A DNA stretch of 64,000 nt from Podarcis vaucheri. Taxonomy: Eukaryota. This document shows positions 36,930 to 48,688 of the stretch, in pieces; the first letter of the stretch is position 1; every line of letters starts with the position of its first letter. A program made the translations under genes and the position numbers. The stretch lies in NCBI GenBank assembly GCA_965113315.1, contig OZ220372.1; one strand, written 5' to 3'. A model generated the notes under the pieces. That model did no database searches. It was not told the origin of the DNA and saw nothing but the letters and a program-made list of their open reading frames with translations.

Positions 36930-37705
36930 TATACGAAAAATATGTTGTCTTAGCTGTTTTACCTTCTGGCCAACCACTTCATTCCACCATGTTTTCACCC
37001 AACCACAGCCCTTGAAATGCAACTTTACCCAACCAGTTTCTTTTACTCTACATGCACAGCCCTCCTTGTACCTTATGCGGAGCTCTTTTTCACTCTCACA
37101 GTGTTAGGTTCCTCCTAACTGGTTCCTACCAGTTTTGTGGTCAGGCCACACTTTTGCATACATGATGATAGACATTCCTTTTGCAGGCATTCCATGTCAA
37201 CCTTTAACACAAGCCTGTGTCATGTGGGCATCCAGCATCATAATACAAGCCTACAGTGAGTCTTGAAATGAGTGAGCTGAAGAAAACTGGGCAGGGATTC
37301 AGCCTGTGTGAGATCAGCCTCCCCTGGCCGAAGGAGAGAATTGGGAGGCAGCCAAGGAAACCTCCTCCAATTGGGCGGCGGCCAGAGCAGGTCAGGTGAC
37401 TCCTATAAAAGCTTCCACATCAGGAGCAACTAGGAGACTTGGGCTGCATATACACCATACATTTAAAGCATATGTCTTCCCACAAAGGATCCTGGCAACT
37501 GTAGTTGATGAAAGGTGCTGATGGAAAATGTAGCTCTGTGAAAGGTAAACTGCAGTTCCCAGGATTCTTTTTTTGGGTGGGGTGGGGAGTGGAACCATGT
37601 GGTTTAGAATCATAGAATCATAGAATCATAGAATCATAGAATCATAGAGTTGGAAGAGACCACAAGGGCCATCGAGTCCAACCCCCTGCCAAGCAGGAAA
37701 CACCA

Positions 37706-40645
37706 TCAGAGCACTCCTGACATATGGTTGTCAAGCCTCTGCTTAAAGACCTCCAAAGTAGGAGACTCCACCACACTCCTTGGCAGCAAATTCCACTGTC
37801 GAACAGCTCTTACTGTCAGGAAGTTCTTCCTAATGTTTAGGTGGAATCTTCTTTCTTGTAGTTTGGATCCATTGCTCCGTGTCCGCTTCTCCGGAGCAGC
37901 AGAAAACAACCTTTCTCCCTCCTCTATGTGACATCCTTTTATATATTTGAACATGGCTATCATATCACCCCTTAACCTCCTCTTCTCCAGGCTAAACATG
38001 CCCAGCTCCCTTAGCCGTTCCTCATAAGGCATCGTTTCCAGGCCTTTGACCATTTTGGTTGCCCTCCTCTGGACACGTTCCAGTTTGTCAGTGTCCTTCT
38101 TGAATTGTGGTGCCCAGAACTGGACACAGTACTCCAGGTGTGGTCTGACCAGAGCAGAATACAGTGGCACTATTACTTCCCTTGATCTAGATGCTATACT
38201 CCTATTGATGCAGCCCAGAATTGCATTGGCTTTTTTAGCTGCCGCGTCACACTGTTGGCTCATGTCAAGTTTGTGGTCAACCAAGACTCCTAGATCCTTT
38301 TCACATGTACTGCTCTCAAGCCAGGTGTCACCCATCTTGTATTTGTGCCTCTCATTTTTTTTGCCCAAGTGCAATACTTTACATTTCTCCCTGTTAAAGT
38401 TCATCTTGTTTGTTTTGGCCCAGTTCTCTAATCTGTCAAGGTCGTTTTGAAGTGTGATCCTGTCCTCTGGGGTGTTAGCCACCCCTCCCAGTTTGGTGTC
38501 ATCTGCAAATTTGATCAGGATGCCCTTGAGTCCATCATCCAAGTCGTTGATAAAGATGTTGAATAAGACCGGGCCCAAGACAGAACCCTGTGGCACCCCA
38601 CTAGTCACTCTTCTCCAGGATGAAGAGGAACCATTGATGAGCACCCTTTGGGTTCGGTCAGTCAGCCAGTTACAAATCCACTGAGTGGTAGCATAGTCAA
38701 GACCGCATTTTACCAGCTTCTTTACAAGAATATCATGGGGCACCTTGTCAAATGCCTTGCTGAAATCAAGGTAGGCTACATCCACTGCGTTCCCTTCATC
38801 TACCAGGCTTGTAATTCTGTCAAAAAACAAGATCAGGTTAGTCTGACATGACTTATTTTTCAGAAATCCATGCTGACTATTGGTGATCACAGCATTCCTT
38901 TCTAGGTGCTCACAGACTGTTTGCTTAATGATCTGCTCCAGAATCTTCCCTGCTATTGATGTCAGACTGACTGGGCGGTAATTATTTGGGTCCTCTCTTT
39001 TCCCCTTTTTGAAAATAGGGACAACATTTGCCCTCCTCCAGTCTGCCGGGACTTCGCCTGTTCTCCAGGAATTCTCAAAGATGACTGCCAGTGGTTCTGA
39101 GATCACATCTGCCAGTTCTTTTAATACTCTTGGATGCAGTTCATCTGGCCCTGGAGACTTGAATACATCTAAACTAGCCAAATATTCTTGTACTATCTCC
39201 TTAGTTATTCTGGGCTGTGTTTCCTTTGCTGAATCATTTGCTCCAAATTCTTCAGGTCGGGCATTGTTTTCTTTATCGGAGAAGACTGAGGCAAAGAAGG
39301 CATTGAGTAGTTCAGCCCTTTCTGTGTCCCCTGTTTGCATTTCACCATCTTCTCCTCTGAGTGACCCCACAGTTTCTTTGTTCTTCCTTTTGCTACGAAC
39401 ATACCCATAAAAGCCTTTTTTGTTGCTTTTAACCTCTCTAGGAAGCCTGAGTTCATTCTGTGCTTTAGCTTTTCTGACTTTGTGTCTACATGTGCTGGCA
39501 ATTTGTTTGAATTCCTCTTTGGTGGTTTCCCCCCTTTTCCATTTTTTGTACACATCCTTTTTTAATCTTAATTCAGTTAAAAGTTCTTTAGATAGCCACC
39601 CTGGCTTCTTTAGGCACCTTCCATGTTTCCGTCTCATTGGTATTGCCTGATGTTGTGCTTTTAGTATCTCCCTCTTAACAAACTCCCAGCCATCATGAAC
39701 TCCCTTTCCTTTTAGTATTGTTGTCCATGGGATCTCACCCAGCACTTCCCTAAGTTTTATGAAGTCGGCTTTCTTAAAGTCAAGAAATTGAGTCCTAGTA
39801 TGCTTGGCTGCTCCTTTCCGCTGTATAGTAAACTTCAGAAGAGCATGATCACTCGCGCCTAATGATCCTTCCACTTCTACCCCACTAACCAGGTCATCAA
39901 CATTGGTTAGGACCAGATCTAAAATGGCTGTTCCTCTTGTTGCTTCTCCCACTTTCTGGACAATGAAGTTGTCTGCAAGGCCAGTGAGGAATCTGTTTGA
40001 CCTTATGCTCCTGGCTGAGTTTGACGTCCAACAAATATCCGGGTAATTGAAGTCCCCCATTACTACTATCTCCCTTCCTTTTGCATGCTTGGCCATCTGT
40101 TCCAGGAAGGCATCATCTATGTCCTCCGTTTGGCTTGGGGATCTATAGTAAACTCCCACAATGAGGTCTCTGTTATTCTTCTCTCCCTTAATGTTGACCC
40201 AAATGCTCTCACTTTGGCTTTGAGGATCTAAATCTTGGATCTCTTCACAGGTATACACATCCCTGACATATAACGCCACTCCTCCTCCTTTCTTGTCTGA
40301 AATAGATTGTATCCCCCCATTGTTTCTCTGAAATAGATTGTATCCCCCCATTATTACATTCCAATCGTGGGACTTATCCCACCAGGTTTCAGTGATGCCT
40401 ATTATGTCATATTTAGTTTGCTGTACCAAGAGCTCAAGCTCATCTTGTTTATTTCCCATTCTTTGCGCATTAGTGTACAGACATTGAAGTCCATTAATCA
40501 TTCCCCCGTGTCTCTTATTTAAGGATTTTTTCCTCCCACCACTAGGTCCGCGTGCTGTTTGCTCCATTTGGTCTATGACATTTGGATGATCATCTTCATT
40601 AATTGATAGACTCCTACCTTCAGGAGCACTGTCTCCCTCCCCCAC
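37706..40645 (-). CDS. CR1 ORF2: APE endonuclease plus reverse transcriptase
   Basis: EN motifs YTNA, ITETWW, GVYYRSP, MGDFN, LDLVL, SDH. RT motifs [25 protein letters not shown]. No stops over 979 codons. The track start is a GTG, so the true initiation site is uncertain. Confidence 0.95.
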   Translation of the reverse strand: MGEGDSAPEGRSLSINEDDHPNVIDQMEQTARGPSGGRKKSLNKRHGGMINGLQCLYTNAQRMGNKQDELELLVQQTKYDIIGITETWWDKSHDWNVIMGGYNLFQRNNGGIQSISDKKGGGVALYVRDVYTCEEIQDLDPQSQSESIWVNIKGEKNNRDLIVGVYYRSPSQTEDIDDAFLEQMAKHAKGREIVVMGDFNYPDICWTSNSARSIRSNRFLTGLADNFIVQKVGEATRGTAILDLVLTNVDDLVSGVEVEGSLGASDHALLKFTIQRKGAAKHTRTQFLDFKKADFIKLREVLGEIPWTTILKGKGVHDGWEFVKREILKAQHQAIPMRRKHGRCLKKPGWLSKELLTELRLKKDVYKKWKRGETTKEEFKQIASTCRHKVRKAKAQNELRLPREVKSNKKGFYGYVRSKRKNKETVGSLRGEDGEMQTGDTERAELLNAFFASVFSDKENNARPEEFGANDSAKETQPRITKEIVQEYLASLDVFKSPGPDELHPRVLKELADVISEPLAVIFENSWRTGEVPADWRRANVVPIFKKGKREDPNNYRPVSLTSIAGKILEQIIKQTVCEHLERNAVITNSQHGFLKNKSCQTNLILFFDRITSLVDEGNAVDVAYLDFSKAFDKVPHDILVKKLVKCGLDYATTQWICNWLTDRTQRVLINGSSSSWRRVTSGVPQGSVLGPVLFNIFINDLDDGLKGILIKFADDTKLGGVANTPEDRITLQNDLDRLENWAKTNKMNFNREKCKVLHLGKKNERHKYKMGDTWLESSTCEKDLGVLVDHKLDMSQQCDAAAKKANAILGCINRSIASRSREVIVPLYSALVRPHLEYCVQFWAPQFKKDTDKLERVQRRATKMVKGLETMPYEERLRELGMFSLEKRRLRGDMIAMFKYIKGCHIEEGERLFSAAPEKRTRSNGSKLQERRFHLNIRKNFLTVRAVRQWNLLPRSVVESPTLEVFKQRLDNHMSGVL

Positions 40646-40650
40646 ATTAG

Positions 40651-41724
40651 TCAGTTTAAAGCCCTCCTGATGAGGTTTCTGAGATTTTTGGCAAAAACAT
40701 TTCTCCCAACCGTTGTGAGGTGCAGCCCATCACATGCCAGAAGTCCATCTTCAAGAAACTGCAGTCCGTGATCTAAGAATCCAAACCGTTCCTGTTTACA
40801 CCATTTGCGAAGCCAGCTGTTCACTTGCACTATTTTCCCCTCTCTCCCTGGGCCACGTCGTTCAACTGGGAGGACAGATGAGATGACAATTTGTGCATTT
40901 AGTTGCTTCAATTTCCTGCCGAGAGCCTCGTAGTCTCTTTTGATCTTCTGGAGGCTATTGCTTGCAGTGTCATTGGTTCCCACATGAACCAAGAGGAAGG
41001 GGTATTTGTCAGTGGGTTTTATGATTCCTTGCAGTCGTTCAGTTACATCTTGGATCTTAGCCCCGGGGAGACAGCACACTTCCCGAGACATCTTGTCAGG
41101 CCCACAGATCACTGCTTCTGTTCCCCTCAGTAGGGAATCCCCTATCACCACTACACGCCTCCTCTTGGGTTTGGTCGGGGTTCTTCCGTGAGCTGTCCGT
41201 TCCAAGGTTGCCTGCACATTCCCTGAGGACTGACTTTGCTGCTCGTCTTCATATACCTGATCGACTGTAATGAGGGAGAGATCCTCAAATGGAGTCTGTT
41301 CTTCGTCTTCCATGCTAGGGGAGAGGACCTCAAAGCGATTGTGTATTTCTAAGCAATCAGAGTGAACCCTGGGCCTCCTACTTCTTTGAGTCACGTTTCT
41401 CCATATATCTGGCTCCTGTGTTGGTGAACTAGACTCCTTCTTAGGGGAGTCCCCTGTCTCCTCCTTGGTGGAGACGGTGTGCTCTGTTGCTTCCAAGAAG
41501 AGCTCCAGCTCTCTAATTCTTTGGAGCGTAGCTACACGTTCCTCCAGTTGCTGGACTTTGTCTTTTAAGAGGGCAATCAACATGCAATTGCTGCAGGTAA
41601 AGCTGCCTGCAACCTTTGGCAAGATGGCAAACATTGCGCAGGAATCGCAGGCGACTGCAGCTGTTCCCTCCCCTTCCATCTTGAGATCGTGTCGTTGGGG
41701 TTGGCTACAGAGGTCCTCCATCAT
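40651..41724 (-). CDS. CR1 ORF1: zinc-finger/coiled-coil plus SGNH/GDSL esterase domain
   Basis: CDSC...CSNC, then a heptad [15 protein letters not shown], then esterase blocks VIGDSL, CCLPGA, HVGTND, DGLHL. The first ATG is at 41724; the track start at 41772 is a GTG. Confidence 0.9.
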   Translation of the reverse strand: MMEDLCSQPQRHDLKMEGEGTAAVACDSCAMFAILPKVAGSFTCSNCMLIALLKDKVQQLEERVATLQRIRELELFLEATEHTVSTKEETGDSPKKESSSPTQEPDIWRNVTQRSRRPRVHSDCLEIHNRFEVLSPSMEDEEQTPFEDLSLITVDQVYEDEQQSQSSGNVQATLERTAHGRTPTKPKRRRVVVIGDSLLRGTEAVICGPDKMSREVCCLPGAKIQDVTERLQGIIKPTDKYPFLLVHVGTNDTASNSLQKIKRDYEALGRKLKQLNAQIVISSVLPVERRGPGREGKIVQVNSWLRKWCKQERFGFLDHGLQFLEDGLLACDGLHLTTVGRNVFAKNLRNLIRRALN

Positions 41725-41857
41725 AAAAAGCTTGAAGACAGGACAAATAACTTCCCCCACACAAAAAAACACCTAGATCTCCCCCAACAAACGTTTGAGA
41801 CTAGCTCCCCTAAATCTAAAAGATGGATCTAACTGCGCGCGCCGCTAGGCGCGCGCC

Positions 41858-43551
41858 GCTGCCCTGCAAACTCTGATAAGCTCCTCCCACAGCTAATCCC
41901 CTGCCTCAACAGAAACCCTGCCCCCTCTGACCTTTACACAGGGAAAACAGCTAATGAGCCACAAAGAAAGAAACACACACACACAAGAAAACCCTTTTTG
42001 CTCCTTCTTCAACTGCTGCCCTGCAAACTCTGATAAGCTCCTCCCACAGCTAATCCCCTGCCTCAACAGAAACCCTGCCCCCTCTGACCTTTACACAGGG
42101 AAAACAGCTAATGAGCCACAAAGAAACACACACACACAAGAAAACCCTTTTTGCTCCTTCTTCAACTGCTGCCCTGCAAACTCTGATAAGCTCCTCCCAC
42201 AGCTAATCCCCTGCCTCAACAGAAACCCTGCCCCCTCTGACCTTTACACAGGGAAAACAGCTAATGAGCCACAAAGAAACACACACACACAAGAAAACCC
42301 TTTTTGCTCCTTCTTCAACTGCTGCCCTGCAAACTCTGATAAGCTCCTCCCACAGCTAATCCCCTGCCTCAACAGAAACCCTGCCCCCTCTGACCTTTAC
42401 ACAGGGAAAACAGCTAATGAGCCACAAAGAAACACACACACACAAGAAAACCCTTTTTGCTCCTTCTTCAACTGCTGCCCTGCAAACTCTGATAAGCTCC
42501 TCCCACAGCTAATCCCCTGCCTCAACAGAAACCCTGCCCCCTCTGACCTTTACACAGGGAAAACAGCTAATGAGCCACAAAGAAACACACACACACAAGA
42601 AAACCCTTTTTGCTCCTTCTTCAACTGCTGCCCTGCAAACTCTGATAAGCTCCTCCCACAGCTAATCCCCTGCCTCAACAGAAACCCTGCCCCCTCTGAC
42701 CTTTACACAGGGAAAACAGCTAATGAGCCACAAAGAAACACACACACACAAGAAAACCCTTTTTGCTCCTTCTTCAACTGCTGCCCTGCAAACTCTGATA
42801 AGCTCCTCCCACAGCTAATCCCCTGCCTCAACAGAAACCCTGCCCCCTCTGACCTTTACACAGGGAAAACAGCTAATGAGCCACAAAGAAACACACACAC
42901 ACAAGAAAACCCTTTTTGCTCCTTCTTCAACTGCTGCCCTGCAAACTCTGATAAGCTCCTCCCACAGCTAATCCCCTGCCTCAACAGAAACCCTGCCCCC
43001 TCTGACCTTTACACAGGGAAAACAGCTAATGAGCCACAAAGAAACACACACACACAAGAAAACCCTTTTTGCTCCTTCTTCAACTGCTGCCCTGCAAACT
43101 CTGATAAGCTCCTCCCACAGCTAATCCCCTGCCTCAACAGAAACCCTGCCCCCTCTGACCTTTACACAGGGAAAACAGCTAATGAGCCACAAAGAAACAC
43201 ACACACACAAGAAAACCCTTTTTGCTCCTTCTTCAACTGCTGCCCTGCAAACTCTGATAAGCTCCTCCCACAGCTAATCCCCTGCCTCAACAGAAACCCT
43301 GCCCCCTCTGACCTTTACACAGGGAAAACAGCTAATGAGCCACAAAGAAAGAAACACACACACACAAGAAAACCCTTTTTGCTCCTTCTTCAACTGCTGC
43401 CCTGCAAACTCTGATAAGCTCCTCCCACAGCTAATCCCCTGCCTCAACAGAAACCCTGCCCCCTCTGACCTTTACACAGGGAAAACAGCTAATGAGCCAC
43501 AAAGAAAGAAACACACACACACACACACACACACACAAGAAAACCCTTTTT
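41858..43551. repeat. Tandem array of about 11 near-identical 153-bp monomers forming the CR1 5' UTR
   Basis: Unit starts at 41861, 42018, 42171, 42324, 42477, 42630, 42783, 42936, 43089, 43242 and 43399. Two units are 157 bp because of an extra AAAG. The last unit is partial and has an expanded (AC)n. Confidence 0.97.
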
Positions 43552-43684
43552 AACTGTGCTTTAAATGTATGTGCTTTAAACTGTGGTTTAAACTGTGGTT
43601 TAACTGTGCTTTAAATGTATGGTGTATGTCTAACCCTGATTTTGTTGAAGACAAACCACTTTCTGAGTTCGGCTCTCAGCTGTA

Positions 43685-46600
43685 CAGTGGTACCTCGGGT
43701 TACATATACTTCAGGTTACATACGCTTCAGGTTACAGACTCCGCTAACCCAGAAATAATACCTCGGGTTAAGAACTTTGCTTCAGGATGAGAACAGAAAT
43801 CGTGCTCTGGCGGCAGCAGGAGGCCCCATTAGCTAAAGTGGTGCTTCGGGTTAAGAACAGTTTCAGGTTAAGAATGGACCCCCGGAACGAATTAAGTACT
43901 TAACCTGAGGTACCCCTGTACACAGATGGGGTCTGGTAGCCTGGCCTCCTGGCTAAAGCACAATCCACCAGGAAATTATTCAGCACAGGTCAGTTTAAAT
44001 AAGTAGGAGCCATTCAAGAGCAGCAGAACTGGTTCCATGTTTCCAGGGCCCCTTGGGCACAAGCTATCAGAGAACTCCTTGCTTTCCTCCTGGCACCTCA
44101 TTCCTTCTTGGCCTCACTCCTTTAAAATGAAGCAAGTCTTAAGCAATATGGCAACCCCAATTGTCGTAGGAAAAGTATAAGAAATGTTGAACTTTTGAAA
44201 TGATGATTGCCATTTCATCATCATGGAATGGATACACTGCTGCCACACATTTGAAATTAAGCCCTGGGTCTCTACTTTAATCTCACTTCAGACTTCATTT
44301 TGGAGATTAAAAACGTAACCTTTTTGTATAGGCAAAGTACATAAATAAATGATTCTTTTGGTATTGTAGCAATAGCCATAAGAACATGAAAAGGTGGATC
44401 AGGCCAGAGGCCCGCCTCATCCCATATCATGTTCTCATAGTGGTCAACCAGATGAGGCAATGGGAAGCTTGTAGGCAGGACCCAGGTGTCACAGCACTTG
44501 TGATTCCCAGCAAATGGCATCCAGGGGCAAATTGCCTTTGATAGTGGAGGCTGAAAAAGCTTTCACAGCTAGTAAGCACTGATAGCCTTATCAGTTTAAG
44601 AAATGTGAATTCTGTAGCATTTCAAACAACAAATTCATATATAAAACGTAAAAATAGGAGCCAAACACTGCACACGTTCTTAAAAGATTACAATTTTAAG
44701 ACTGCAAATTGCTGGAATCTGTCTTTACATGCAGGGGAAGTCCCTAACTCACTGAGGGTTTGAGACCCAGTCTGCTACAATAACATATAATAAACATAAG
44801 GCAGTGAATTATTCATGGAGAAATTCATTTACTCCAAATTTACCCCAAATGTCAGATAAAGTTTTCAATTTTTGAACTGTTGCATGACATGATCATTTGC
44901 CTTAATTTCTTCATTTACTCCATTGAACAGAGAAAGCAAAACCCTGATAATCTTTATTTCTACAAAAGTCTTTAACCAAAATTGCTGCACTCTCACCACA
45001 AATAGAAATAGGTACCCTTGTTCCCGCATTCCCTCCGACACAAAGGAGAGGAGGTGGAAGTTATGTGGGGAAGCTTTATTGGAGTACAGTGGTACCTCGG
45101 GTTACATACACTTCAGGTTACATATGCTTCAGGTTACAGACTCCGCTAACCCAGAAATAGTACCTCGGGTTAAGAACTTTGCTTCAGGATGAGAACAGAA
45201 ATCGTGCTCTGGCGGCAGCAGGAGGCCCCATTAGCTAAAGTGGTGCTTCGGGTTAAGAACAGTTTCAGGTTAAGAATGGACCCCCGGAACGAATTAAGTA
45301 CTTAACCTGAGGTACCCCTGTACACAGATGGGGTCTGGTAGCCTGGCCTCCTGGCTAAAGCACAATCCACCAGGAAATTATTCAGCACAGGTCAGTTTAA
45401 ATAAGTAGGAGCCATTCAAGAGCAGCAGAACTGGTTCCATGTTTCCAGGGCCCCTTGGGCACAAGCTATCAGAGAACTCCTTGCTTTCCTCCTGGCACCT
45501 CATTCCTTCTTGGCCTCACTCCTTTAAAATGAAGCAAGTCTTAAGCAATATGGCAACCCCAATTGTCGTAGGAAAAGTATAAGAAATGTTGAACTTTTGA
45601 AATGATGATTGCCATTTCATCATCATGGAATGGATACACTGCTGCCACACATTTGAAATTAAGCCCTGGGTCTCTACTTTAATCTCACTTCAGACTTCAT
45701 TTTGGAGATTAAAAACGTAACCTTTTTGTATAGGCAAAGTACATAAATAAATGATTCTTTTGGTATTGTAGCAATAGCCATAAGAACATGAAAAGGTGGA
45801 TCAGGCCAGAGGCCCGCCTCATCCCATATCATGTTCTCATAGTGGTCAACCAGATGAGGCAATGGGAAGCTTGTAGGCAGGACCCAGGTGTCACAGCACT
45901 TGTGATTCCCAGCAAATGGCATCCAGGGGCAAATTGCCTTTGATAGTGGAGGCTGAAAAAGCTTTCACAGCTAGTAAGCACTGATAGCCTTATCAGTTTA
46001 AGAAATGTGAATTCTGTAGCATTTCAAACAACAAATTCATATATAAAACGTAAAAATAGGAGCCAAACACTGCACACGTTCTTAAAAGATTACAATTTTA
46101 AGACTGCAAATTGCTGGAATCTGTCTTTACATGCAGGGGAAGTCCCTAACTCACTGAGGGTTTGAGACCCAGTCTGCTACAATAACATATAATAAACATA
46201 AGGCAGTGAATTATTCATGGAGAAATTCATTTACTCCAAATTTACCCCAAATGTCAGATAAAGTTTTCAATTTTTGAACTGTTGCATGACATGATCATTT
46301 GCCTTAATTTCTTCATTTACTCCATTGAACAGAGAAAGCAAAACCCTGATAATCTTTATTTCTACAAAAGTCTTTAACCAAAATTGCTGCACTCTCACCA
46401 CAAATAGAAATAGGTACCCTTGTTCCCGCATTCCCTCCGACACAAAGGAGAGGAGGTGGAAGTTATGTGGGGAAGCTTTATTGGAGTACAGTGGTACCTC
46501 GGGTTACATACACTTCAGGTTACATATGCTTCAGGTTACAGACTCCGCTAACCCAGAAATAGTACCTCGGGTTAAGAACTTTGCTTCAGGATGAGAACAG

Positions 46601-46730
46601 AAATCGTGCTCTGGCAGCACGGCGGCAGCAGGAGGCCCCATTAGCTAAAGTGGTGCTTCAGGTTAAGAACAGTTTCAGGTTAAGAGCGGACCTCCGGAAC
46701 GAATTAAGTACTTAACCCGAGGTACCACTG
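43685..46730. repeat. 1402-bp tandem duplication with structure MITE-X-MITE-X-MITE
   Basis: 43919-45086 reads identically to 45321-46488, and the ORF track gives the same peptides 1402 nt apart. MITEs start at 43685, 45087 and 46489. Confidence 0.95.
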
Positions 46731-48461
46731 TATAATACTGTGTGTGGTGCATTTTTAAAGCCAATTTGCATTTACTAGCAGAGAAATTTTCCAGAAGCAT
46801 TTGGAAAGAGGTACCATATTTATATGCTTATGCTAGAAGCCTTCAAGCCGAGATGGATCAGCTGGAGTGCTTAGATTTCAACGAGGTCATAGATATGGCT
46901 GGCAGAACAAAAACCTCATGGAATGGAGAGAACCAGTCAGTAGCAGGAGGAGACAATTGGCACTTGCTTCACCAGCCACTTCCCAATTAACACCCATTGT
47001 TCACTCCCCATTACCAAGGAGCTAAACTGAATTTGAGACACATCTCCTGACCTCATGGGCTTCTACAGAAACTGGGAGAAACTAGCCTATCATGGGGACC
47101 CGCAGCAGAAGAAACATTTCAGCCCCAGCAGAAAAAGTGTCCAGGCAAGTTAAACAGATCTGCAAAATTTGGCAGCAGGTTAGGTTGAGAGGTTGTTTTT
47201 TTTTATTTTCAAGTTTTCAACTTTTTAAAAACAACCAGAGGAGAACAACAAACCAAGAAATACAAAGAAACCAATAAATGGAACAACTTGCATATCTGTG
47301 GATCAATACATAAAACTGGAATTAATACCAACAGCGATTCTCGGATGACGTTATATTATCAAAACATTGTCCAAATAGCTGCAATTGCTTTGATGCTATA
47401 ACGCTACATGTCACTGTTAGATGCCTAGGTAATAAAGGACCACCAGGTGGCCTAAAAGGACTGTGGCCGTACTTTATCCTGCATTACTTGTAGTATATGG
47501 AGTATATTTTTTTCAGCTATAGTTACTGACCAGACATTGCTATACCATGCAGATAAGTTTAGGTTGTTCAGAGATTTCCAGTGCCGGGTGACAATCTGCC
47601 CCTAGCCGCTGCCAGCAGAAAGGGTTAGGCTGAGAGCTGGTGACTGACCCAAGGTCAGTCTTCAAGGTTTAGTTAGTGCAATAGAGCACATATAGGTTCA
47701 ATTTTTTAAGGAGACTTCACAGGCTCCATCTCTGCAGTCCCCTCTCTTCTTCACAGTATTTTTCTTTTGGTTCAAAGAGTGGCCTTTGCTGGGAACTCCT
47801 GGTATCATTTTATGTTCTGCTTCATTCCATCATATGACACCGGAGACTGTAGTAACTGCCTTTAGTTACAGATGCTTCAGGTTGTGTATTTTCAGGTTGC
47901 GCATCGCGCCGAACCCGGAAGTACCAGAACAGGTTACTTCCAGGTTTCGGCACTCGTGCATGCGCAGAAGCACTAAATCGTGCTTTGTGCATGCGCACAA
48001 GCGCCAAATTGCAACCCGCGCCTGCGCAGATGCGGTGCTGCGGGTTGCGAACGCTGCGGGTTGTGAACGTGCCTGCCACAAGGATCACGTTCGCAACCTG
48101 AGCATCCACTGTATAATGTTTTTATATATGTTGGAAGCTGCCCAGAGCGGCTGTGGCCACCCAGTAAGATGTGTGGGGCATAAATACTAAAACTATCGCT
48201 AAGGAATGGGATGTCCCTATTTTGATAGCAGAAATGTTGGAAGGTATGCTACCCATAGACATCGGTCCCTAAAGAGCCAGTGGAATGTATTCAATAGCAG
48301 CCACTAGCCGCTGAAGGCCATTAAAGAAAGCGGTCAAGCTAGACAAAAGCCCAGAGGACAGGATCTTAATCAGAAGTCTGTGTGACATGCTGGAAAACAC
48401 ACAAAATGCACAGAGAGTGGAAGAGCAGTGCACTGTTTATCTGCCTCTATGTCGGAGCCTG

Positions 48462-48540
48462 GTGATGTAATCAGGCAAGGGCTGTGTGTGGTGGGAATTG
48501 TGACCTCTTTCCTCATCTGCTCTATGACACTGAAGGGCAT
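48462..48540 (+). promoter_or_regulatory. Proximal promoter block of TUBA8 copy B, shared with copy A
   Basis: GTGATGTAA (48462-48470), TGACCT (48501-48506) and CTGCTCTATGACACTGAAGGGCA. Confidence 0.45.
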
Positions 48541-48685
48541 GAGCAGGTGCTTAGTGCCAGTGGCACCTCTCCTCCTGCATTACAGCTCAAAGTGATACAG
48601 CAGGAGTAGGAGAGAGACGGAGAGAACAGAAACGAAGCCTTCTAACTGTTCACCAAGAAGGGAAGTGAGAATCAGTCAGAGCATT

Positions 48686-48688
48686 ATG
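48686..48688 (+). CDS. TUBA8: TUBA8 copy B, exon 1 (ATG only)
   Basis: GCATT-ATG|GTAAGC. Nearly the same distance from the shared promoter block as in copy A (224 vs 217 nt). Confidence 0.75.

Larger units (their letters stand above)
37605..43551 (-). mobile_element. Apparently full-length, young CR1-clade LINE (about 5.95 kb)
   Basis: Two uninterrupted ORFs, a 3' tail of 5x TAGAATCA on the + strand (37605-37644), a tandem-monomer 5' UTR and a candidate TSD TGTGGTTTA (37598-37606 / 43594-43602). Confidence 0.95.

Noticed and set aside
41954-43414. 486-aa ORF made of 51-aa Cys-rich repeats
   Set aside because: It is a by-product of a 153-nt (3n) unit lacking stops in one frame. It is antisense to the LINE, is broken by the 157-bp units and has no recognisable domain. 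There is no evidence of translation, although an ORF0-like antisense product cannot be fully excluded.
41858-43551. CRISPR-like array
   Set aside because: The units are contiguous and near-identical with no unique spacers, there are no cas genes, and the context is eukaryotic.
44272-46594. Duplicated 82-aa and 89-aa ORF pairs
   Set aside because: They are identical only because of the 1402-bp duplication, overlap repeats and show no protein-family features.
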